A program made the position numbers and the translations under genes. Of a stretch of DNA of 64,000 bases, positions 23,256 to 53,912 are shown in pieces. Below the pieces are notes generated by a model. It saw only the letters and a list, made by a program, of their open reading frames with translations, had not been told where the DNA came from and ran no database searches. Within the stretch, counting starts at the first letter, position 1. Each line of letters starts with the position of its first letter. Origin of the DNA: the human T2T-CHM13v2.0 reference genome, Homo sapiens; assembly GCF_009914755.1 (NCBI RefSeq), contig NC_060932.1; one strand, written 5' to 3'.

Positions 23256-23482
23256 ATTCAGGGTTGTGGGAAGTGTTGCTTACTAAACTCTGGTTCACGG
23301 AGCTGCCAAAGAAAAGAGATTTATTTTTAAACCTAGGAGAGAAGGCAAGCTTGGCTGCTGTGGAGGCTGGGGCCCATCCTCAGACCATCTGCTCCCCTCA
23401 TGGTGACACAGATCTGAAAACCAGGTGGGTTGAAGGCTGGCCTAGAGGCCCTGTGTCCTTAAGATCCAGACACTTTGCAGTA

Positions 23483-24127
<645 letters not shown>

Positions 24128-24583
24128 TACCAGCAACTTGCCTCTGTACAGAGAGCTCTGGTTGAGTGTGACACTGTCCTGTAGGATGGGCAGGGGACAG
24201 ATTGTGGTACCCCTGTGGCAAAGAGGGAAAACTGAGGTCAGAGAGCTTAAGTGATTGCAGAGTGTCGTACTTAGAAGGGACAGCAGTGTTTGGTCCAGCA
24301 GTCTTGAAGTGTCAGGCCAGTTCCTGGGGCTAGAAAGAGGCTGATCCATCAGCACCTCTCTAGCCCGAGGTGGCCTGGACCTCACCCAGAAAGTTGTGAT
24401 TCAGGACCGAGATGAGGCCTCAGTGGTGCCACTGGGTTAGGGACCCACGCACAGATGCAGTCGAAGACTGGAATCTGTTTAATACCTCCAAGTGAAGATC
24501 CTCAAAAAGGGAGCAAAAAGCACCATCCCTCCCTGCAGCACCCTACCCCCTGCCCAACTTATCAGTAAGCCTTTCCATTCCTG

Positions 24584-31888
<7,305 letters not shown>

Positions 31889-33049
31889 TTCATGTCTGGA
31901 GGCAGGGGTGAGGATGTGTCTGTCTGTTTATATATGCGTTTGCACGGTGAGTGTGTGCATGTACACATTTAAGCAGCAGGTGCTTATTAAGATCCTACCA
32001 ACCCCACAGGACTGTTAGGAAACAATCAGAAAAACCTAAAATATAAGCCCTGTCCTTCTAGGACCATATGACACTGAAACTAAGCAGGAGGTGAGAATGT
32101 TTCCTGGATGGGGATGGGACTGGTGCTGGAGGATTGGGGTGGATCTGAGGTGGTGCTATGTCCTGCAGTACACCCTGTTTTCTTCATCCAGGCCCTTCAC
32201 ACCTTGTGGAGAGAGTGCATGGGGTGCGTGCAAACCACTGACATGAATGGGACTTCCTAGTCCTGTGGCGGGGAGGAGTGTGGAGATAGAAACGTGTAGG
32301 GATGGAGGGGTAGGACATTTCAGATGCAGCCCAGGGCAAGAGAGCAGTGGCAGGTGAGGGTGACAGTGGGTAGGACGCCAGTTGGAGAGACCCCTGACTC
32401 CCAGGCAGAAGGGCCATAGCACATTGCTGGAGGGACGGAGTGTTGGGAGGTTGTGCTTTGGGTGGGGAGGGGCGGTGATGAAGTGGGGGCAGGAGGTTCT
32501 GGAGGGGAGGGGCTGGGTGGCCAGGAGGGAACAGCAGGGGCTGGAGTGTTTCTTTCTGTTCAGGAGCCTGGAATCGTAGGGGGATGCTCTGGGTTCGTGG
32601 TGAGCCCCACAGGGAGAAAGCAGAGGATGTGGGAAGGCCTTAACTTCAGTAATGGGATGGTGGCTGCCAGTGACCTTGAGCCAGAAGAATGTGCTGTGTG
32701 GGAGGTTTGGACAGCCCGAGGGAGAATGGAGGAATTATGATTCACTTGTCTACCTTTCTAACCCAATTTGGAAATATGGGCTTTTCCTTTCTTTCTTTCA
32801 GTAACCCTCTTTCTCATGAGAATGGGGCTTTTTTATTAATCTGTTGATAAGTATTTATAGTTACTGAGAAATCAAAAGTTCAAGATGCAGCCCCTGCCTT
32901 TCTTGCTGGCGCCCTGGTCGTGCCCTCTTGAGCAGGGACGACGCAGGGGCTGGGCTGGAAGGGGCCGGCGCTGAGCAGCGGCGCTTCTTACCTGTTTTGG
33001 TTAAGAGATCTGGAGATGGAATGAAAAAGCGCTGGCTCTGCCTGTGAGA

Positions 33050-33231
33050 CCGGTAGCCCTCCGACTTCAGTGTGCATCATGATCACCTGAGCACTTAGTC
33101 AAACCCAAGTTGCTGGTCCAACCCCAGTGTCTGATTTAGTGGGTTATGGGGGGAAGTGCTAAGAGTTTGCACTTCCAGCTAGTTCCCAGGTGTCAGTGAT
33201 GCTGCTGTTCCAGCAACCGCACTTTGAGAAC
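33050..33231. mobile_element. MER5A-like hAT DNA transposon relic
   Basis: CAGTGTGCATCATGATCACCTG...GATGCTGCTG...CACTTTGAGAAC matches the MER5A pattern. Confidence 0.7.
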
Positions 33232-33712
33232 CCCTTTCCTGGAGAAATTACCACACAAGACTCTGCATCTCAGCTGCAGACTGGCATGGGCGGGGTCTTT
33301 GAGGAGGAGTCGGGCGTGAGCGGGCTTGAGGGCTAGGAGATCGCGCAGGGGGAGGTAGTGGTACAGGAGGACCCGGGGGAGGTGGGGTAGGCTGGGGGCA
33401 GGTGGTCTTGGCTGCAGGCCCAGCAGTGGGGTTGCCACTGAGGCTTGGCTTCTGGGGTCCACTTGCTGCCCATCCAAGCATGCCTCGCTACTGCTGCACA
33501 GGTGCTTGTCATGGGCCAGCAGATTGACGTGAGCAGAACACAAAGGCTAAAGGTCTGCCAAGGGCCCACCTCCCCTCCCCGGGGTGGCGAGGTGAGAGGC
33601 TTAGGGGGGCTATCAGTCATTTTGAGAGGTAGGGCGTGCACAGGCTTCTTGTGAGAGGCCCTTGGAGGCACATTTTGCTCAGGGTATTGCTGCCAGAGAG
33701 TTGGAGTTAGCA

Positions 33713-34613
<901 letters not shown>

Positions 34614-35506
34614 TTTTTAAAATTTTTAACTTTTTTTTTTTAACAGGGTCTCGCTCTTGTGCAGGCTGGAGTGCAGTGGTGCAATCATAGCTTGTTGCAG
34701 CCTCAAACTCCTGGGTTCAAGCAATCCTCCCACCTCAGCCTCTCACACTGCTGGGATTACAGGGGTGAGCCACCACATCCAGCCCTTGAACCAGTCTTAA
34801 GTGTGTAACAGTCCCGCGGGGAGAGCCTGGACACCTTCCGGAGGGTGGATCCTGGGACATGCATTTCCCTGGTGTGGCTCATGGCAAGGACAGTGTGGTT
34901 CTGGAGCAGGCGGCTTCTTGTGCCATAGCTATCTGGTGGGAGCACAGGCAGCAGCTCCATGGCATCCCAGCTCTGCAACGTGATCTTTGCAAATAGGTAG
35001 CTCCTGGGACTTAGCCTAGAGTCTTGTTAATTCAGCTCTTCGAAGGAGCCTCTAGGCCATTTAATATCCTGTACAAAACCCCTGTCTGCCAAAATAGCCT
35101 AACTGCACCCTGATCTATACATCCCCCTTGTCATCATCATTCAGGTTAGGTTCCTTGTTGAATTGTTTGCTTTCCCTACTTTGTTGAGGGCAGGTGCTAG
35201 GTCCTTTGCATCCCCAATACCTAGCATGACTTCTGGCACATAATTGGTAAGCAGTGAGTATTTGTTGAATGGATAAACTCTTGGAGTGAGTTTTTAAAGC
35301 CAGCAGGTAATATGCTAGCTTTTCGTTCAATTAATGTAAATGAAATTCAAGGTCAGGGAGTTGTTTACTCTAGAGAAGTGCATAATAGGTGGTCCTGACA
35401 CCTGACTTCAGATGATCTGGGTTAAAGTTGGTCTGTGGGCCAAGGAGGATAGAATGTCCTTGGAAAGTGGTTCTGAGCTCCCTGTTCTTTTTTTTTTTTC
35501 TTTTGA

Positions 35507-35614
<108 letters not shown>

Positions 35615-36299
35615 TAGCTGGGGTTACAGGTACCCGCCACCATGCCCTGCTAATTTTTGTATTTTTAGTAGAGACGGGGTTTCACCACTTTGGCCAGGGT
35701 GGTCTTGAACTCCTGACCTCGTGATCCGCCTGCCTTGGCCTCCCAAAGTGCTGGGATTACGGGCATGAGCCACCGCTCCCGGCCAGGGCTCCCTGTTCTT
35801 TATCAGGTTGCAGGGGCGATGCAGGCCGACTTCAGTTAGAAGGGAGGCAAAACTTCTCTGTCTCTAGCACATTATGTGCCCAGCACTGTCCCAGGCACTG
35901 TGTTGCAGGCAGGGAGGAGAGGAGGACATAGAAGAAATAGGAGGGAAGGATGCATTTCAGAAAGTTATCTTCAAGGAATACAAATCTAGCTGGGGAGGCT
36001 CCCTGGGAAACAAGGTAATGAGGAGTCCATAATAGCCAGAGAAAAGTGCTGGAAAAGTGACCCAAGACGGCTTCCTGGACAGGGAGGCAATTGAACAGAA
36101 CCAGAATTCAGGACTAAGTAAAGCCGTTGTCCTGAGAACCCAGAAGATGGGGAACTAGAAAGGTGCCGGGCTCAGTGCTGTGCTGTGCAGCCTTTAAGCT
36201 CTGTCTTGATCAGAGTGCCTCTGCGAGCTCGGTGCTTTCACAGTTTAATTGTGCCGGACACGCTTGGGAAGTTCCTGGCAGGCCCCAAAGTTGAACCCA

Positions 36300-37100
36300 G
36301 GGCGTGTGGCACGTCGTGTTGTCCAGTGATTTGGCCACTAGATCATGCTTTCTATTTATTTATCTGATCCCGAATAACAAGCCGGGAAGTTCTGCTTCAT
36401 GGGGGTGACGTAAGTGATGGATGTGAGTACCGCGTTTCCTAAGCCACATGCCCGGCCTCACGGTCTGACAAATGGGAGTGAACTTGGACGACAGGGAGAA
36501 TTTTGCAACTGTCTGGGAAGTGTTGATGGATGAATGATGAGAAGTGAGGTGACTCTGGCCCTGGCCTCGGGTGGGGAAAACACCGGCTGGCCACTGTGGG
36601 CCCTTCCCGGGTCCCTGCCCACCTGACTCAGTTGCTTTGGGAAGTCCCCTTTGCTCCAGCTCCAGCTGGGCTGGAGCAAGCCTGGCAAATGTGCTCCCTC
36701 CCTCCCTCCCTCCTCCTGGCTCCAGCGCCTGGGCCTGGCTGTCATTACACTCACTCCGCGCTCAGCGTGGGGCTAAATAAGCCATTCCCTGTTTGTCTGT
36801 GCCGCTGCCTGGGGCCCTGACCACCCGTCTCTGCCTCATAACCTCCTCCCACAGGCGCTGGCACACACAGTGGGGGCTCAGTAAATATTAGTTGGTGAAC
36901 AGCAGGCTCAAGGTTCTAATTTTGTTCCCTGCTTCTGGGTCACCAGAGTTTTTATTATTATTTTTCTTAGTTTTCCCATCCTGCCCCTCCCATCAGCGCG
37001 AGGTTTCACAAGGAGAGTGAGTGGGCTCCGCTGGCCGCCCTCCTGCACTGTCTGGAAATTTCCCACCCTGGGTGCGCTTTGACTGTGCCAAGGCTTGAGG
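36300..37100 (+). promoter_or_regulatory. Candidate intronic enhancer or alternative promoter
   Basis: Repeat-free and locally CpG-enriched. TGACGTAA 36406-36413, AP-1 TGACTCA 36624-36630, kappa-B GGAAATTTCCC 37054-37064. Confidence 0.5.
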
Positions 37101-37600
37101 CGAAGGTCCTGGGAGCAGGAGCTGGAGGAAGATAATGCATCCTTTCAGGGTATGGAGGAGAGCAGTAGGTGGGAGGGCAAGAGGAGGCAGGGGGAGAATG
37201 GGCCGATTAAGCCCCGGGGCAGGGCCAAGCGAGGGTTGGTTTTCCAACTGTGAGATTTGCTGTTTGCCTGAGTGAAGGTGTCAGCCTAGGTCAGCTTGTC
37301 TGAGGGGAGAGTGGCTTCTCACACGGTGTTCTTTGGGTGAGTGGGGTGGGCCATGGGCTGGATGGTTTTTCTCAAAGCTCTTTCTACCCCCAGAGAAGCC
37401 TGTAGGGCAGTATTCAGTTGATGACCAAGCTGGCAGATGTTTGGGTTTCTGATTTCGTAAACTGGGACTCACACAGATGACTGTATCGTTGTTAGTTTGA
37501 CCATGAATATCCAGAGTGTATTAATCAAGCATTTGTAAAACATTTGGCAGTTTCCGTAGCCAAATGTGTTTTTTTTAATTGATTTATGTTATTTTGATGA

Positions 37601-37717
<117 letters not shown>

Positions 37718-37920
37718 TAGCGGGGACTACAGGCATTCATCACCACACCTGACTAACTTTTGCATTTTTTATAGAGACAGGGTTTCATCATGTTGCCTAG
37801 GCTGGTCTTGAACTCCTGAGCTCAAGCAATCTACCTGCCTTGGCCTCCCAGAGTGCTGGGATTACAGACATGGGCCACCGCCCCCAGCCCTGTAATGATT
37901 TTTTATTATTTCTTATCTGA

Positions 37921-38157
<237 letters not shown>

Positions 38158-38877
38158 TGATCCACCTGCCTCAGCCTCCCAAAGTGCTGGGATTGTAGGC
38201 ATGAGCCACCGTGCCCAGCCCTGTAATGATTTTTTATTATGTCTTTTTTTTTTTTTTTGAGTTGGAATCTTGCTCTGTCACCCAGGCTGGAGTGCAGTGA
38301 TCTCGGCTCACTACAAGCTCCACCTCCCGAGTTCACGCCATTCTCCTGCCTCAACCTCCCAAGTAGCTGGTACTACAGGCGCCCACCACCACGCCCGGCT
38401 AATTTTTTGTATTTTTAGTAGAGACGGGGTTTCATCGTGTTAGCCAGGATGGTCTTGATCTCCTGACCTTGTGATCCGCCCGCCTCGGCCGCCCAAAGTG
38501 CTGGGATTGCAGGCGTGAGCCACTGCGCCCGGCCGATTTTTTATTATTTCTTATAGGAAGGGTTTTAATGCTCACCGTCAGTCCTCTTACCATACTTTCT
38601 GCATTCCTGAGCTCTCCGTATTTCCATTTCTGTATTAATTACATGCATTTCATTGTTAAGTCGTATTTCCCCCCTAGGAAGGGGACTATATTTTCTGACT
38701 TCTTTCATGCCCAAGAATTTCTGCCTGTTGTCTTTACCAAATTGTGTGATGTGTTGGCTGGGGATCATATTCTCGGCTCATAGTTTCTTTTGCTCTGAAT
38801 TGTGGAGACTTTCTGACATTCTTGCATTCTCTTCTGACACTGAATGGTGCTATTCGGGAAAGAAGAAGGCAGTTTGA

Positions 38878-39048
<171 letters not shown>

Positions 39049-40175
39049 TGAGTAGCTGAGACTACAGGTGTGCGCCACCACACCTGACTAATTTTTATAT
39101 TTTTAGTAGAGTTGGGGTTTCGCCATATTGACCAGGTTGGTCTTGAACTCCTGACCTCAAGTGAGCCACTGCACCCAGCCAGGAAAATCTTGTGTTTTAT
39201 CTTAGAACACATCTTCCATTTCATTCTTGGGTTCCCCTCTCCGGGAATACGAGTTATCCTTTTGTTAGTCTCTTTGTCTTCTCACTGTTTTTGGTTTAAG
39301 TTTTCTTGTCCATCTGCATTCACTGTGATTATCTCAAACTTTCCTTGAGCCATTTATGCCTAGTGTTCCATTTTTTGAACACCAAGTATATAGGAGTTAA
39401 TTTATATCCTGCTCAAGGTCATCGCCAAAGTCTGATTGCAAAAATTCAAAAACTTGCAACCTCAGGCTTAAATGGGTTAAATGACTGGCAGAATTTTGTT
39501 CTGTATTTGTCATAATGTATTGGTTCTTCAGTGAGGTTTTATTCCTCTTTTTTAGTAAGCCTGCATCCTCTTTTGGTCTCACGTTGGTTATAATCTCATC
39601 TTTGAGCTCTCGTCTCGTGGAACTGATGTTTTAATGAGGTTATTCCTCCGTGTGGAGCAGTGGTGAGGAACAGCTTTCTCTGGAGTTGTGGTTTACCTGT
39701 CTGTGGCTTGCTTTGCCTGCCGTTTCTTTTCCTCTTCCTCATGTGAGTGCAGTTCTGCTCACATGTTCTGTTGGCTCTAAAATAAGAAAGGAACTTTCCT
39801 CTCCAGGTTTGTCCCCACCTCTCAGCTCCAGGAGTGCTAAGGACTGGGTATTTATGACCTGTTTTCTGTAGCCTGAAGGAATGCTAACTGTGTGGTGAGG
39901 TGGGTCTGTCCTCTATTCAGGGATTTAGTCCCTGCAGTGTGGCTCTGCTCACTTCCTTGGGAGTTGTATTCCTTTTCCGTTAGAAGAGAAGGCACACTTG
40001 GCCAGGCACAGTGGTTTCCGCCTGTAATCCCAGCACTTTGGGAGACCGAGACAGGTGTGTCACCTGAGGTCAGGAGTTTGAGACCAGCTTAGCCAACATG
40101 GTGAAACCCTGTCTCTACTAAAAATACAAAAATTAGCTGAGTGTGGTGGTGCATGCATGTAATTCCAGCTACTCA

Positions 40176-40391
<216 letters not shown>

Positions 40392-41179
40392 CTAAGTGGA
40401 ATTTGGAATTGGATCATGTCCTCAATTCAGAATGTGGCCCGGGAGCCCTTATTTCCTTCCAAGGGAGTCAGCCCATTGTTTTTGGTCCAGGTGCACCGTT
40501 TTTTTTTTTGTTCTTCCCCGGTAGCTTTTCCTCCTACTACTCAACTGAAGAGGAAAAAGACTTCCTCTTGCCACATTTGGGGATGTGAGTGAGAATTCTG
40601 GTTCTGCCCTTGTCATTCATTTGGTTTGTCAGGGTTGGGCCAGGAATAGAACATGAGCCATGCGTGGTGCCTCCTTCCTTTTTCCTTGCCTGTGGTTTTG
40701 AAGTTAATATATCTCTGATTAGATCTGTTTTCTTGTTTGGTTGCATTGGTTAATTTTTTTTTCTTTTAAAAGTTTTACTCATTTTGTTAATTATCAGGTG
40801 TAGGAAAATTACACTCCTATTTCATTTTTTCATCTTAAGTCTTTAGTGTTTCAATATGCTTGTTTTTATAATACTCATTAAACTCTGCAAGTTTATTCTC
40901 TTCTTTTCAAACTATGGATAGGGGTTCATTGTAATAATATGTTGCTTGTGGTCCTACCGAAAATTGGGCTTCAGATTCACGTCCGTGGCCCTTCCATTGC
41001 CAGGCAGCGCTTCCCAGGCCACTAGCACCCGCAGTCCTCAAGAGAAGTAGCCCTTGATTTTTTTTATTCCTTAAGACCTCCTCCTGGCCGGGCGCGGTGG
41101 CTCACCCCTGTAATCCCAGCACTTTGGGAGGCCGAGGCGGGCAAATCACGAGGTCAGGAGATCGAGACCATCCTGGCTA

Positions 41180-41458
<279 letters not shown>

Positions 41459-44400
41459 CTACGCCTGGGCTCCAGATGGCTCTTGGCTCACCCAGGGCCT
41501 TTTGCTATTGTGTGACTCACAGAGAGCTAACCTTGAGCCATGGTTATCTGCTAGCTGGAGATACATTTCTATCAGGCTCAGCGGTCACAGCCCTAGAGTG
41601 GGAAAGGGAAGGAAGAGTGGAGAAAGCGCAGTCTGCTTGAAGGGCTGATGCAGAAATGAGCTGTTTTCCTGGGAGAGAACCCCAAGAGAGTGGTGGGAGC
41701 TACCTTTGTAGTTACTGTCTTGTGGACGGTCATAAGCCTGGGTGATGTGCCAGGATCATGGGTCCCTCGGAGACCCCTTTCTCTGTCCCTGAGGAATATG
41801 TGAGAACCAGACGGCTCATTTTACGTCCTTTGAGAAGACAGCTGCGGGGACGTCTTAGGATGATTCACTGAGGCCAGTCAGTGGTGGAACCAAGAGCTCT
41901 GGGGAACATAATTTCTATCAGCCTGGCGTCTACTTGGCCGCCCCCTCCACTCCCTCACCTACCCCTGCAACCCTGTGGTCTTTCTTTGTGTAGACCATCA
42001 GCCTTCTCATAATTTTAAGTAAAATGCTTAATAAAACCCCGGTTTAGACTGTCTTCAAACCGACCGCCACCCCAGAGCCTGCAGCTGACTCTGACCCCGC
42101 GTAAGAGCCCCACCCTGGCGAAGTCCTGTGCACCTACACAGCCTGTGCTTGGCGGGGCACAGTGGGCGCGAGGGGTCGGGGGGCAGACACACAGCTTCTT
42201 GGCGTCGGAAATCGTCTGAGTTGGGCAAGTTTGTCTCTGGAGCATTTGAGCTTAGTTTTCATGTTTTGTTTCTGCGCCCAGAATCTGAGAGTGGGAGTGG
42301 TGAGTTCCCTGGCCAGCAGAGTCGGGGTGCGGTGGGGGGTTGTCAGGAAAGGGAGGGGACAAGTGGATGCCCGGCTGCTCTGAGGCCTTGTTGGTTTCTG
42401 TTGCCTGTTCTCATATCTATGCCCAACCTCTAGACCCAGCGTCACAGAAGTGAATGTTTGCTCCTCTCTGAGAGGGGAGGTGGGCTTAGAAAAAAGTGCA
42501 GCATGCTGAACATCACAGAAGCGTCTGTGCAGGACAGAAGTGCCGCTTCTAGGCAGAGCTACTTCTGGACCAAGTGAAGGGTGACGGTAGGTGGAATTCC
42601 AATTATGGGCCTCTGGATGGTAAGGCAACTTCTGAGCTTCCATAGAGGGTTCCAGAACAGGTGTCTTGCTTTTTCCTATGTCTCCCTCCTACCTCCCCAA
42701 GGGTTGGGTCTGGCGCCTTAGACACAGAAGGAGGGCACTAAAATAATTTTACTTATTTGACCCTGAGGCAAGTGCACCCTCAGGCAGAGAGACTCCAGCC
42801 CCTCTCCAGCAGGAAGAGCTGGCCTGGGGGCGCTCCCAAGCCACAGCACACTTCGTTTTGTCTCCTTCCCACTTGTCTTTCTGCCCCTGAAAGGTGTCCA
42901 TCCTTACTTGAGGGCAGCTGGCCTGACACCCTGGGGGGACTGGAGTGGCTCTCCAGGGGCCACACATGGAATGGAACCTGGCGTGGGGCTTCCTCCTGCA
43001 GCCGGGGCCATGCGCGCGGACCCCTGCCCGGCCTCCCCGTCCCAGCGGCGTCAACAGCTGTGTGTGTTTCCCTCTTCTTTCTTTCCTCTCTAATACCTTT
43101 TACAAACCTTTTCCCCGCTAAGAATAACTTGTAGTTAAAAAGAAGACAAGACTCCACTGGAGCAGAAAACTCCCCTTTCATGCCTGCCAAAAGGCCGGGG
43201 TCACTTGGACTTAAGTGTCACTCGCAGCTCCTAGATCCTCCCCAACCCTTGCGGGTGAGTGCATGTCTCAAGCGCTGGCCAGGCAGGAGGGCTGTGCTCG
43301 CTGAATCTGCACACCCCATGGAGACAGGTCTAGACCTGAGCCTGGATGCTGTCTTGTGGGCGTCAGTGCCCAGTGCAGCACACGTCCTGGAGGAAAGAGC
43401 AGCTGTGCTGCAGGGGAGAAAAGGTCACCTGGGAGAAGCGAAGGTGGTCCTGTGGGCTCATTCTTCTGATGGTACAACTTGAAGGTGCCTCTTGCCTAGC
43501 ACTCCAGGCTGTCATAGCAGCCACCTGAGGGGCCGAGGGGCCGCTGGGTCTGGGAAAAGTAAATGCTTCGTAGATGCTCACCTCTAGGTGAGTGCCAGCC
43601 AGGCAAAGCTGCTAAAATCACCCTGAGTTTCCCACACCTGAAGTCTTTTGGGGTTTGTTTGCTCAGTGGTTTGAAGTTACAGCGGTTAAGTTTGAGAAAT
43701 GCAGCTGAGGGGGGAACATCTGTTGGTTTATCTTGTTGAAGTAGCCCCAGAGCACGAGCACTGTGACAGTGTGTCCTCTAAAGGCTACCTAGGGCCGTCC
43801 CCTCATAGCACTGCAGAGCATTGTAAGCCAAGATTTGGATGCTTGTTGGGGCTGTTAGACATCGGGAAAGATCTGCACAGAGACACGCAGGACTTTGTGG
43901 ATCTCCGTGGGTTCCAGGACATGTATTTTTATGTCTTTGTGCAGAGGGCATGGTGGTTAAGAAAGCACTGAATTTAACGTCATTCAGACCAGGCTTTGAT
44001 TTACAAAGCAATTCAGCTTCTGGCTTTGCTGCTTGCTTCTGTGGGTCATGTTTCCTAATCGCTGAACCCCAGTGTCCTTGTCTGTTACGTGGAGTAAGTT
44101 TCCCAGCTTCTGTTAAAGGAACTGGGGAATGCCAAGTGCTTAGCAAGGTCTGCAATCGGTAAATGCTAGCTGCTGTCCATCATCTCTTTGCCTTTTCTTT
44201 TCTAAATACAGGCAGACCTCCCCCTTGTTTTGACAGTACAACTCCTGCCATCGACAGTTCACAGTCTGCTCTGATGGATAACCACTTTCTTTGTACAACA
44301 GGTTTTTAGTCATTTTTGCCTAAGATCCACCCTGCTCGCCAAAATTTAACATTTGTCTCTTGGTGGAGATTTGAGAGTTGTGAATCTCAAAGTAGCACTT

Positions 44401-44689
44401 TTACAAACCGTCGTTGTGGCTGATGCCGAATCCATCCATGTGGACTCAAAAGTATATATTCCACTGAAGAGTGATATTTTATGTCCCCAGATTCTGTGCG
44501 TGCCCCATACGTGGATCCTAAAGCATGTGATGTCCCTGGGTGTATCACAGTAGGGGACTTAAGTGATGTGTGTGCCCCAGGGCCTGTAGTTAAGATACTT
44601 TAGTTGGCCACAGGATATGCCTGACAGTTTCATTAGCAGCCTGATGTTTGGGTTGAGAGAGTCAGAGTTGGGAACCCTGCTGATTTATA

Positions 44690-45050
44690 AGTCTTATAAT
44701 TATTATAGCTAAATTTTATTGAGTGCTTTCTATATGGTTCAGGTACTTGGCAAGGGCCTTGCCATATCTTATGCTGTTAGATCCTCAAAGTAATCTAATG
44801 AGGTGGATACCAATTTTATAGATGAGAAAACTGAAGGTAGAGGGAGACTGGGTTGCTTGTCTGTAGTTACTTACAAGCAGCTGTGCAGAAATTCAAGGTA
44901 GGTTTGTCTGACACTGAAGGCCATGATAAGCTGCGTCGCTGCTTTGAGTGATTCTAGAATGTTGACTCCAGTTAAATAATTCATCCAAGATCACATTGCT
45001 GGTAAGTGGCAGAGCCAGGATTCAGGCAAGCCTGCTCTCAGCCACTCTGC
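44690..45050. mobile_element. MIR relics
   Basis: MIR core text TTTTATAGATGAGAAAACTGAAG and CAAGATCACATTGCTGGTAAGTGGCAGAGCCAGGATTCA. Confidence 0.7.
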
Positions 45051-45279
45051 CGCTGTTCCTCTGTCGTAAGCAAAGCCTCAGGGCATGTGATGCACTGAGA
45101 TTAGTGTCCGAGCCCTGGGTGCCTGGGTAAGAAATGGCTGCAGTGATTGGCTGCTTCTTGGTCTGGAGAAAGGAGACTCATTTTCCCCTCTGGATAATTT
45201 GTTTAGATCACTAATTAAATTATAACCATACTAAGGGAGGTGGTTAACAAAAGAAAAATCGTCATCAATCTTACTTTAA

Positions 45280-48269
<2,990 letters not shown>

Positions 48270-48391
48270 TCATTTTTCAATCTAGTCAAAACTGTTGAAT
48301 TTGTCCTTTTTATTCGTTTTTATTCTGTGCTTTCAAAAGAAGGGTTTTTCTCAAAGGCTAATTCAAGAAGGAGCAGAGAGGCAGAGACTGA

Positions 48392-48841
<450 letters not shown>

Positions 48842-49009
48842 TAGTTGGGCCCAGGGCAGCCTGGCAGCTTGGCAGAGGTAGGATGAGGCAGACAAGTCTC
48901 GATGATAGAGTGGACAGGCTGATTCTTTCTCTCTCTTTGTCTGAATCAGCAAATTCTGAGTCTTCTGCAGCACCTTCTGACCCCCTGCATAGGTGTTCTG
49001 AAGCCCTTA

Positions 49010-53478
<4,469 letters not shown>

Positions 53479-53742
53479 TACTGGTATGGTTTTTAGGCTT
53501 CCATTGCTGTTTGCATCCGTCTCTCCATGGAAAAGGTGTTTCTCTTGGATAGCAATTTTGATAGTTTCCCTAGGCTTCTCCGCAGCATCTGGTGAGAGAT
53601 GGACTCAGCAAATGTTTACTGATGGGTTGGTGGATCTCAGTCTGCCCCATCACACCTGAATTCAGAACGGGGCCGCCCCAGGCAGCAGGAGTGTCCCCAC
53701 CCTCAGTAATAGAGGCCCTCGTCTGTTCTTGTTCCTCCACAG

Positions 53743-53912
53743 TGTGGGGCTTTGGTTTTCTCAGTGTCTCACTGATTAACCTGGCCTCTCTCCTGGGAGT
53801 CCTCGTCCTGCCCTGCACAGAGAAAGCGTTTTTCAGCCGTGTGCTCACTTACTTCATCGCCCTGTCCATTGGAACGCTGCTGTCTAACGCGCTATTCCAG
53901 CTCATCCCAGAG
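53743..53912 (+). CDS. SLC39A14: ZIP14 mutually exclusive exon 4A (TM1-TM2)
   Basis: CTCCACAG|TGTGG...CCAGAG|GTGCAG, 170 nt. [57 protein letters not shown]. Confidence 0.96.

Noticed and set aside
32260-32540. G-rich stretch with G-quadruplex-like runs
   Set aside because: Irregular runs and loops, common in GC-rich introns. No supporting context.
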